Below, one piece after another: positions 25,137-36,120 of a stretch of 64,000 nucleotides of DNA. The DNA comes from Gracilinanus agilis (taxonomy: Eukaryota): positions 501,795,343 through 501,859,342 of the forward strand of contig NC_058132.1 of assembly GCF_016433145.1 (NCBI RefSeq). The letters are read 5' to 3'. A program made the position numbers and the translations under genes. The notes beneath the pieces are model-generated. The model was given only the letters and a program-made list of their open reading frames with translations, had not been told where the DNA came from and ran no database searches. Within the stretch, counting starts at the first letter, position 1. Each line of letters begins with the position of its first letter.

Positions 25137-25390
25137 TGGGCAGCTGGGTGGTACAGTGGATAGAGTGCCTTGGAGTCAGGAGGACTCATCTTCCTGAGTT
25201 CAAATCTAGCCTCAGGGACTATACTAGCTATGTGACCCTGGGCAAGCCACTTAAACCTGTTTGCCTCAATTTGCTCATTTGCAAAATGAGCTGGAGAAGG
25301 AAATGGCAAATCACTCCAGTATCTTTGCCAAGAAAATCCCAAACGGGGGTCATGAAGAGTCAGACATGACTGAAACAACCGAACAACAAT
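25137..25390 (+). mobile_element. MAR1-type CORE-SINE
   Basis: Full-length, near consensus. Confidence 0.88.
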
Positions 25391-26351
25391 GAAGAAAGAA
25401 GAGATAGCAATGTGGTCAGCAGTAGAGAAGCAGGCGTAGCCAAGACAAAGAAAGAAACAAGAATCCAGGGCCAAAAGTGAGGACTAGATCAAAGGAAGAA
25501 TCTGAGCTTAAACAAGAAGCTTCCAGCAATTTGTCACACTTGGTGACCTGAGAATGCTGGCAAGCTTTTAAGTCTTTCTACCAGCCTGATGCCTCTAATG
25601 GGCTCATCTCCATATCTATCTTCCTGAAAGAGAGGGAGATGGTTTATTATGGCAGAGGGGCAACACTGATAACACCATGCTTTACCAAACCATATGCCAA
25701 AGGAACAAACATTTTAAGTATAAACCATTTCCTTTTTCCAACAATTCCTAATAAATATTCTTTGACCTGCTCTAGCTCTAAAATATTATTTATAGCTTCT
25801 TTTTGGTAAAAATTAGAATCTTTGAAATTCATTTAATACTCTAGGCTAATGTGGCTTTTATATTTTGTTGACTCAAAAGGGCCTAGATTTGGGCGCCTGG
25901 GTTTAATCTGGTTTTCCTCCTAAGTGCCTGATTCTTCTTAGTGTTCCAATTTGCAAAATGAAAATGAGCTAGACAGCTCCTAATATACTTTCCAACTCTA
26001 AATCTGTGATCTACTCATGTGATGGCAGCTACCTCAGTTACAGGTATCATGCTTAGAAGGAAATCATTTGTTCTCCTAACTTGGGCCACCAAATATAAAT
26101 GATAGCAAAGTATCCAGAACTACAGGTTTTTTCATCTACAAGGTGAGGTTAGTAGATGGCTGGGTAGACTTCTGTTGTTGCTAATTTATTGCTTCATTGC
26201 TAATTCAATTCAAGCATTTGAGTGCCTACTGTGTACAAATTCCTCAGTTTGGGAATGATTTCTCTATCAGAGGTTAAGCCCCAGAATCCCAAACTTTCCC
26301 CTACTGGCTGCTCTATTAAGGATTTTCCCCCCTCTGTTGTTTAGTAACATG

Positions 26352-27425
26352 TGGGCAGCTAGGGGGCATAGTGGATACAAGGGTCTGGTCTGGAGTCAGG
26401 ATGACTCTTCTTCCGGAGTTCAAATCTGGCCTCCAATACTTACTGGCTATGTGATCTTGGGCAAGTCACTTAACCCTCATCTAATTTCCTCATCTGTTAA
26501 ATGAACTGGAGAAGGAAAAAGCAAACTACTTCAACATCTTTGCCAAGTGTAAGAATATAAAAATTTAGGTTTTTATGCTAATGTGAAAGTTCTAAAGTAA
26601 TATTGTGGTTGCTGATTAAAACAATATTATAGCTTAAGTCAAAATGACTTTATATAGCATTATTTACAAAGAGGTAGAAAGAGTGAAAGTGGAGAAATGT
26701 AAGAGGAGGGTAGAGAAATATCTAGCCTATCACCCTAAGTGTTGCTTTGGTGTCTGGCTCAGCCCTGGCAGGGCTCAGTAACCTTCAGCCAGAGGATCCA
26801 GTGATGTCTTCAGCAAGAGTTCCACCAATGCATCCTCCTCCAGGAAAGGAAGGCCTCTCTGGAACCAATCTCTCCAGAAGCCAGGAAAGGTAGACCAGCT
26901 ACTCACCCAGCAAGCCAATGCAGGATCCAGGGAAAGAATCTCCTCCTTCAGTCTAGCTCACCAATGCAAAGTCCCAAGAAGCCAACTCCAAAGAAGAATT
27001 CCAAAAGCCAAGACCAAAGGTGAAGTCCAAAAGCTGAAGTCTAAAGAAGAAGCTACTTCCAAAGGAGAAGCTTGAAGGAGAAGCTCAAAAGGCAAAGTCC
27101 TTTGGACAGGAAGTTCAGGACTTTTTATAGTCCTTTTTCCACATCATTTCCTGTCTCTTCTTCACTTTATGGGAACCAATCACAGGCTTTCATTTTGCCT
27201 AGCACTACCCAGGGGCAGGGCAGTGGCCTCTGGAGTTGTCACCCACTCTAGCAAGTGACTCATGAATTCTCTTACTTAGTGTTAAGTAGGGGTGCTTAAG
27301 TTTTTGTATGATTAATTTAAAAGTTGCTGATTGATAGGCAAAGAAAGTTTGATTCACTCTTCACACAAGGAAGCCCTAATTGGTTCATGAAGAGTCAGTC
27401 ATGGCTAAAAACAACTAACCAACAA
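26352..27425 (+). mobile_element. MAR1-type SINE split by a solo LTR
   Basis: SINE text stops at ...tttgccaag (26547) and resumes caaggaagcc...catgaagagtcag (27366). Confidence 0.8.
26548..27365 (-). mobile_element. Solo ERV LTR (ERV1-like, 4-bp TSD)
   Basis: TG...CA termini; TSD CAAG on both sides; minus-strand TATAAAAAG near 27123-27131. Confidence 0.82.
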
Positions 27426-27442
27426 TCAGTACATATACAAAT

Positions 27443-28130
27443 GGGGGAAAAAAGTAGATTCAACAATTCTGGAGTGCAATTTGGAACTATGCCAAAGGGC
27501 AATAAAACTGTGCATATCCTTTGATCCAGGAATACCACTACTAGGTTTATATTTCAAAGAGATCAAAGAAAGGGGAAAAGGACCCATTCGTGCAAAAATA
27601 TTTAAAGCAGCTCTTTTTGTGGTGGGAAAGAATTGGAAACTGAGGGGATGTCCATCAGTTGGGGAATGGCTGAATGAATTATGGCATATGATTGTAATGG
27701 AAAACCACTGTGCCATAAGAAATGATGAACAGGATTATTTCAGAAAACCCTGGGAAGGCTTATGTGAACTGATGTAAAGTGGAGAACATTGCATACAGCA
27801 ACAGTAATATTATAAGGTGATCAATTGTGAATAACTTAGCTATTATCAGTAATACAATGATCTAAGACAGGGGTAGGCTCCTGTAACAGTGCCTGAAAAA
27901 AAAATTGACTTTATGGCTCCTGCAGAAAGAGCCATATCTGGCCCTCAAAAGAGCCAGATATGGCTCGAGAGCCATATGTTGCCGACCCCTGATCTAAGAC
28001 AACCCCAAGAGACTCATGATGAAAAAGGCTACTCACTGCCATAGAAGGAACTGATGGAGTGTGAATGCAGATTGAAGCATGACATTTTTCACTTAATTAA
28101 AAATACAATAAAATATTATTGGAGAAAAAC
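27443..28130 (+). mobile_element. L1 ORF2 C-terminal/3' fragment interrupted by a hAT MITE
   Basis: ORF 27481..27777 reads FDPGIPLLGLY...AALFVV..NW..RGCPS.GEWLN.LW (L1 ORF2 C-terminal motifs). Confidence 0.88.
27868..27991. mobile_element. hAT-superfamily MITE (124 bp)
   Basis: TIR CAGGGGTAGGC...GCCGACCCCTG; 8-bp TSD ATCTAAGA at 27860-27867 and 27992-27999. Confidence 0.88.
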
Positions 28131-28454
28131 AAAAACTAACTAAAAAGTACAACCAAAGTTTGCTGCCATGTGGCACCTGGAAAAAAAGCAATAAGGAGGC
28201 ATATATTCATCCACTAAACCTTTACCCCATTGCTTTTCCCTTTTGGAGCCTAGAAACTTAGTGTACAGGAATGGAGGCATTGTTTCTTCAATCAAGGAAT
28301 CATTACACCCCTGTATTAGAAGCCCATCCTCCAGAACAGCTAGGTTCTAAATTCTTTCTATTGTGCTGTTTTTTTTTTTTTCATTCCTAGTCATCACTAG
28401 CAATGTGTATCCCTAAAGGCCCTATCCTGGTTTCTCTTCTCTTTATATTTTATA

Positions 28455-28615
28455 CCCATGGTGGTGAACCTATGGCACGTATGCCAGAGGGGGTACCCAG
28501 AAGCCTCTCTGTCGACACACACACTGTCACCCCAGCACAGAGTTTGCCAGAATTCATTACTGGAAAGCCAAAGGGATGCAGGCCTGAGGACATTTCTCAA
28601 ATCACCTGCCCCTCT
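28455..28615 (+). mobile_element. hAT-type DNA transposon terminal fragment
   Basis: ccatggtggtgaacctatggcacgtatgcc resembles the recalled terminus of amniote hAT elements; no second end seen. Confidence 0.5.
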
Positions 28616-28619
28616 AAAT

Positions 28620-31600
28620 GGTTTGCTATCACTGCTTCATAACATATCACTTGATAGTCTCATCACCTTTTATGGGAGCAATATGAATTTATGAAGATGA
28701 TTCCCAAGTGTATAATCAGCTCTAGTCTCTCTCCTAAGCCACAGTACAATCTTCTGGATATCTCAGCCTGGGTATCTCTAACTCATCATGGTCAAAGCAG
28801 AACTTTTTTTTTTTTTAAAATTTTGCCCTCTTTCCAAAGTTCTCTATTACCATTGCATGAACCACTGTCCTCTCAATTACCCAGGCTCACACTCTTAGTG
28901 TTATTAATGCTTTGCCCTCATTCATTCCACAGATTACATCCATGACCAAATCTTGTCATTTCTATCTCCACATTTCTCGTATACATTCAAATGAGAAAAT
29001 ATTTGTAAAATATTTGGCAGAGTGCCTGGCACATAGTAGGTACTATATTAAAATGCTAGTTATTATTATTATTATTATTATAGTAGGACCTCATTTTATG
29101 TGAACTCAACACATTCAAATTCAGGTATACATGATTGGCAATTGAAAAAATAAAGGCAGAAATATTCATAAAATAAAATCTAATTATGAGCTAAATCCAG
29201 GCCATTGTCCCAAGAAGTGTAAAGTCTCTCAGCAGTTCATCTAGTCATGCTCATTCTCACTCACTTTGAGAACTATTAGTGTAAGTCATTATACTGTTTT
29301 GTGCCAAATTTGAGTTCCTGCATCAGTCTTTGGAGTTCTCACTTGAAACAGATCCTTTCCATGTCAGAGAAGTGCATTTCTTTGTTTCATTAACACTTCA
29401 TTATTAACAATGGCCCCAAAAAACAAGAGTAGTGATGATGGTAGTTCTGATAAATCCAAGAAAAGTCATAAAATATCTAGGTATGTTGTATAAGAAATAC
29501 TTATTAAATAATGGGGATTGCTATTAGGTGCAATTTTCAACTTATGCAAAAGGTCTTAGAATATATTGGTTGCATAAAATGAGGTTCTACTGTATTATTA
29601 TTATTATCATCTTCATTCACACAGCCATCACCCTATTTCAGGTCTACATCTCTTGCCTGGATCATATAATTGCATTATAATTGACCTCCCTACCTTGAAT
29701 CTCTCTTTACTGCAATTTATCCTCCACTCAGCTAACAATGAGTTTAGTTCATGATCTTCCTCTCCACCTCATCTTCTCCCATCATCCCTGCGGGCTTCAT
29801 TATTTATGACCCTTTTGGGTCATATTTGTCAACATTCTTAATCAGCCAATTAATCAACCAATGAGAAAATATTTATTAAGCATAGACTATGGGGAGAGTC
29901 ATGGATATCTGGGGGGAAAGAAGGATCAAGAAAGGCCTCATGTAGAAAGTGATGCTTAAATTGAACTTTGAAGTGAAATAGGAATTCTAAAATGTGAAGG
30001 AAGGAAGGGGTACACAATTCCAAAGGTCTCTTCCACTCCACCTAAGTTGCACACTGATTTGGTCCCACCTTGGACCTCATCAGATCTTAGAATTGTTCCA
30101 TCTCTAAGATGTGGTAGATTACTTTTAAATTTGACAACTATCTATCCTTTTACCTCGCTTATTCTTTCACTCACATTAAACCCATATTCTTTGTTCTTTG
30201 GCCCTTGGTCCCTTCAACCACAAATTCATCTCCCCATTCTGGCTTTGATTATCACCATAACTAGCTTTAATCCTATTTTTTATTTAGCCACAGTAACATT
30301 TTCCTACATATTTGCCCCCTTGACATTTTGCCATTCTTTAATGACAAATCTTCATTGGTGTCTAACAAATACTAAATTGGATCCATCCCAGGGAGTATGC
30401 ACATAGAGCTTTCCTAGACAATTCTGAGAAGTCTAAGGACAAGTGACTCATTGCTCTGGCCTTTTAGGGATCTAAAGCCTGGGCTCCTTTTAATGCAATA
30501 CTGAAAGAATTGGAGTTTTAGAATGAAGTAGCAAAAGCTGATTGGTTCCTTGGATTCTTCTCTTCATTTTCTTCCTTGACACTAATAGTGTCACTTCTCT
30601 CTTCTAAAAGTTCCTAATGAACCTTAGTGCTCCTATGCTTTTTCAGGGTCATGCAAACTATGACTCTCAGGATCCTCAGTGAGAGATCAGACCCTTACCA
30701 CACCTGTGATACAATCTGAGATCCTGCTACTCCTGAGTAGTCCCTGTAATTTAATATCTCTATTCCTGCTCCAGGGCTACTGAGTCCAATTGGAGAAAAG
30801 AATGAGACTGAACTGAACTGAATCCATCCATTACAAATTCATCAACCATAATCTCAGCTAAGCCTCCTGCTCAACAAACCTTCCATTCTACCTTGAGTCA
30901 CAGAGGACAATTAGGAGGCAATTGAAATATTTCAGGAGCGAGATCGTGAGGGTCTGAACTCATGTGAAATATAAGCCCTCATTCATTTCTTGCCACATGG
31001 ATTTGACTATTCCCTGAACATCTTTCCTCAGTCCTCTTCTCCTCTCTAATTATATTCTACCTTAGTAACCTCAATAATTCTCATGGCTTCAAATAACAGC
31101 TCCATACAGATGACTGCAAGTCTATAGTCAGGGATGTGCTGGAACCAAATCTAATCTACTCACAAGAGTTGATTGTTCAGTTTTCAGTGTGAGCATCTGC
31201 ACTTCATTGTTGTTATTCAGTTATTTCAGTCACGTCCCACTCTTTGTGACCTCTTTTGGGTTATTATTATTTTTGGCAAAGGTACTGGAGTGGCTTGCCA
31301 TTTCCTTCTCCAGCTTACTGTATAGATGAGGAAACCGAGGCCAACCGGATTAAGTGACTTGCCCAGGGTGTCACAACTAGTATCAGAGGCTGAATTTGAG
31401 CTCAGGTCTTCCTGGTGCTTTATCTACTTCATACTTATGAAATGGGAAAATGACATATCATGACATGATTTCTTGTTTTGTTTATTGTCTAGACTTAAGA
31501 AAGTGATGGAGAAAATGTTAATAATGTAAAATAAGCTTTCAAATGGGTCCTATGTACAATTTCTCCCCCTGGAGAGATGATTGTTTAAAGTATACCAGGA

Positions 31601-32760
31601 TACTCCTTGCCTATAGATGGTCTTTTCTGAGTCCCAGAGCCACATTTCCAACTGCTTATAGGTCATTTCTAAATGGAAGTGCCAAGGTTACCTTAAGCTC
31701 TATATATTCTGGACTGAACTTATCTTTCTTCCCAAGTCTGCTCTTCCTTTTGACTTGACTGGTTCTGTTTTTTTCTTTTTTTCTTTTTTTCTTTTTTGCA
31801 AAACCAACTGCCTTTCTCATGTTTGTAAGTTTGGTGTTGCCTTCTACTCTTCCTTCCCTCTCATCTTATATCCAATAAATGTCCACTTCCTATAGATTCC
31901 AATTTTACAACAGTTGACTCTTTTTATCCTTCTCTTATCTTTTTTACTCTCTATTTCTCTTGCCACCATCCATATGTCCTTATTATTAAATCTTCAACCA
32001 CGACCATTATTAAAATAATCATGTCTTCCCACCTTCACTCATTTTCTTTCCTGTCTCCTACTCCTTTGATCAAATCTATCCATAATCCTACTTCCGTAAT
32101 GATCTTTCTTATGTGTGTTGTTATGGTTTTTGTTCAGTTGTTTCAACCATGGCTTACTCTTCTTGACCCCATTTGAGGTTTTCTTGGCAAAGATATTAGA
32201 ATGGTTTGCCATTTCCTTCTCAGCTCATTTTACAGATGAGGAAATTGAGGCGAACAGTATTAAGTGGCTGGCCAGGGTCACACATCTAGTAAGTGTCTGA
32301 GACTGGACTTGAACAGCATTCTATCCATTGTACCACCTACCTACCCTTCTGGTAGCTCTGGTCTGGTCACTTTTCTGTGGCTATCGATTGCTTCCTGAGT
32401 AAATGTGGATCTCCTTTACCTGGCATTCAATGCAAGCTGCTGTCACCTTTTATCAGAGTTATTTCATGTTATTTTATTCCACATATTCTAGCCAAACTGC
32501 ACAATTTTCTGTCCTCAAATATACTGTTGCCCAGACCTTCATGTTTATGATGGCCTTGTTTCCCATCTTTGCCTCTTGAATTCCTACCCATCCTTTAAAG
32601 CCCTACTAACTCATTGAAGCTATCAATCAGTCCCTACCCATCAGTAATAGCTTTCCCCCTCAAATCTCCCCTAATACATTCTTTTATAAATGTCTAATAA
32701 ACTTATATTAAGTTGTGCATTATAGCCACCTGATGAGACTGTAAGTCCTCTAGGACAGGG
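28620..32760 (+). mobile_element. Fragmented L2 LINE remnants interrupted by SINEs (MAR1 at ~31205-31400 and ~32118-32345)
   Basis: Pyrimidine-rich L2 ORF2/3'-end-like text (e.g. gaagatgattcccaag; tgagactgtaagtcctctaggacaggg). Confidence 0.55.
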
Positions 32761-34038
32761 ACTATATCTTATCTAAACTTTTTGTCTTCTGTAGGATAAT
32801 GTTCTGAACACACTGGGAGCTTAATAAATGTTTATTGATTGATGAGAGTCTTAGGGGATTTGTGGGTACAAAGTAGACATTGTTAAGGTATATTACAGGT
32901 ACAGGCTCATGCTCCTTAGCTTGGCTCAGGTTGAAAGCTCCAAACATTCCCTTCCAGGTGCTTCTTGTCAACACTCCCCTTAAGTTGGTGGACTTTTCCT
33001 TTAGGCTAGGGCCTTTTAACCTTGAGTTTATGGTTCCTCTGGCTAGTTCTTCCTGTGTTGGTTTAAGCCCTGTCTTTTATACCTCCTCCCCACTTTTGTG
33101 TCTTTGAAGAATTAGGTTTCTTTACTATTTGGGCCTTAGGCACACTTTTTCTGGCTTGAGTTCTAGGTACCCTTGTTTCTTAAAGACTAATTCAATTCAA
33201 CAAACATTTATCAGGTGCCCCAATACTATGCAAGGCTGCAAACATAAGGACAAAAAAAGAACCAGTCTTCATTTTCAAGGACATTTGGAAAAGGTAGGCA
33301 TAGGATCATTGATCTAAATAGAACTGAATGGGATAAAAAGATTTCTTAGATAGAAACCCATTTTTTTGCCATTATTCCTCTGGAGAAATTAATTAAATGT
33401 AATTAAATAAGACTGCATATATTTGATGCCCTTTGCAGACAGTAATGAGCCAGAGTGGTTCTGAGGAAAGAGGGCTGGACTTGGAATCAGGAGATCTGAG
33501 TTCAAACTCCACCTTTATTAACTACATCATGGTGACCAAATCACTTAATTTCTCTGGAACTTAGTTTCCTCATTTTTAGGTTTAGAGAGTCTTTAACATA
33601 CCTTTCAACTCTACATTTATGATCAAGGTCCAGATACCTTTCAATCTATACAAAGAAAGTGGTATTAACTCTTTCTTGTGAGTGAGGATGCTGAGACCCA
33701 GATGGGGTTCCAAATCATGGGCTAAGTCCAAATGACACCTTGGAGACCCTGACTTCCCCAGTTAGTCCATTAATTCATCCATGCTGTGGCTGTCTCCCCA
33801 ACCTCCAAACTATGTAAGTAGCAGAATTATAATTGAAATTGATCCTAGCTTAGAAAAGCTTCTGGAGCTTGAATAGTTCAATGGTTCAAATACTAAATCT
33901 CCTTTATGACCTGTAGTATTGTCATTTAGCTGAACAGTACAGATCACTACATTTTTCTAATAAAGGAAGTTATAGAAGTACATTGAAAATCTATTTTCAC
34001 TGTACCAGAGAAATTGAAATATAGACAGAAAGAAATGA

Positions 34039-34238
34039 NNNNNNNNNNNNNNNNNNNNNNNNNNNNNNNNNNNNNNNNNNNNNNNNNNNNNNNNNNNNNN
34101 NNNNNNNNNNNNNNNNNNNNNNNNNNNNNNNNNNNNNNNNNNNNNNNNNNNNNNNNNNNNNNNNNNNNNNNNNNNNNNNNNNNNNNNNNNNNNNNNNNNN
34201 NNNNNNNNNNNNNNNNNNNNNNNNNNNNNNNNNNNNNN
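34039..34238. other. Assembly gap
   Basis: N run. Confidence 1.
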
Positions 34239-34600
34239 ACCTGAAGTTTTAAAAATGTGGCATATTTATGTTCCCATTTAAAAATCAACAGGCTCATTCT
34301 TTCAATAGGAGAGTTCATATTTTTTTAGAGCATTAATAATTTCTACCCTGCGTATCTTTGGGATAATGGGGTTAGCATTTAATGCTATTCATCAGTCTGT
34401 TCTCAGTGGATGTTCATTAACAGGGGAATATTAGCCTACAGTGTGGCTACAGATGGAAGCATCTGTTCAGTAGGGTGTACTCCATCAGTATTGATTGATT
34501 GATTGAGTCTTTCTCACGTCCCAGGGTGTTTTGCAGTTGAGCTGTTAGGGGAGGGAAAAAACCTATGATTTCATAACTGCTAATGTGGNGTATAAGAGAC

Positions 34601-34602
<2 letters not shown>

Positions 34603-34650
<48 letters not shown>
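34603..34650. repeat. (CT)n microsatellite
   Basis: Directly visible. Confidence 0.95.
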
Positions 34651-34651
<1 letters not shown>

Positions 34652-35429
34652 CCCCTCCCATAGGGAGGACTTTCTTGTCTTCATCACATTTTCAGTAAGT
34701 AAAGCAAGCCAAATACATTTGAAGATCCGAAATTTGAATAAATCATCTTACCAATCACAAAATATTATTTACTAGCAGCAAAAAATGTGTTCTGTGAGGT
34801 GGTGCAGTAGATAAAGCACTGAATCTGAAGTAATAAAGACAAATTCAAATCCAGCTCAGACACCTATTTATCTATGTGACCCTGGACAAGTGACTTAACT
34901 TTCATCTGCTTCAGTCTCCTTATTTATAAAATGGGAATAACAATAGAACTTCCAAAAGGATCCCTTTCTAAAAGAATCTCTTCTTAAAAGATTTCTTAAA
35001 TTTTTGAGTTTACTGAGGACATTGCGAATGTAGGGCCTGAGTATCCCACAATCCCAAGGGTGCCTTCCTTAGGGAAGCAGATAACACAAGTCCCAGGCTC
35101 TCTGTGGGTCAATAATTAGGGGTATCCTGGAGACAATTCAGGCCAGATGCTGATTATTAATGAGCATTTACACCTTAGAAATTGGTAAAATAAATCAAGG
35201 CTTGTGTGTGTGCTTTTTATTCTCTTGAAAAGAATAAGAAAAGGAGACGGAAGGGAAAGGGCTAGGAAAACTGGACTAAGTGACTTGCCCAGAGTCATAT
35301 AGCTAGGAAGTGTCTGAGGTCAGGTTTGAACCCATGTCCTCTTGACTCCAGGCCTGGTGCTCTATCCATTGAGCCACTTAGCTGTCCAGGAAATTCATAC
35401 TTTCAGGGTTACTGCTGTCTTTTTTTATT

Positions 35430-35939
35430 ATAATAAAATTTTGTCTTTTTTCCAGGTGACATGTCAACACAAATTTTCAATATTTGTTTTCTCATATTTT
35501 GCAATTTATGTCCTCTCTCTCTCTTCCACCCTCCTTACCTCCAAAAAAGGCGGATATTATGATATAAATTATCATATAATACATATTTCAATGCTATGTT
35601 ATGGAAAAAGACACATATTGCTTTCACTAGGGAAAAATTCACAAAGGAAATAAGAATGGTATATTTCAACTTGTATTTGGAGTCCATCCTTTTCTCCTAT
35701 GGTGGTGGATATCCTTTTTTTGTTTTTAGTATCGTAAAGTTGTCCTGAATCCTTGTATAATACTTGTATAATAGTTAAGTTATTCACAGTTGATCATCAT
35801 ACATCATTCTTGTTATTATGTACAACATGCTCCTGGTTCTGCTCACTTCACTTTGCATCACTTCTTTAAGTCTTTCTAGTATATATATATATATATTTGC
35901 ATTTCTCATGGCAAAACAGTATTCTGTTGCAAGCACAAG

Positions 35940-35973
<34 letters not shown>

Positions 35974-36120
35974 TGCGTTTCTCATGGAAAAACGGTATTC
36001 CATTGCAAGCATGACTTATTCAGCTATTCTCTAATTAATGAATATCCCTTCAATTTCCAGTCTTTTTCTGCCCCCAAAAGAGCAGATATAAATATTTTTG
36101 TACAGGTGTGTTCTTTTCCC
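35430..36120 (-). mobile_element. Old marsupial L1 3' region
   Basis: Antisense L1 3' text (tgtacaacatgctcctggttctgctcacttcactttgcatc). Confidence 0.75.
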
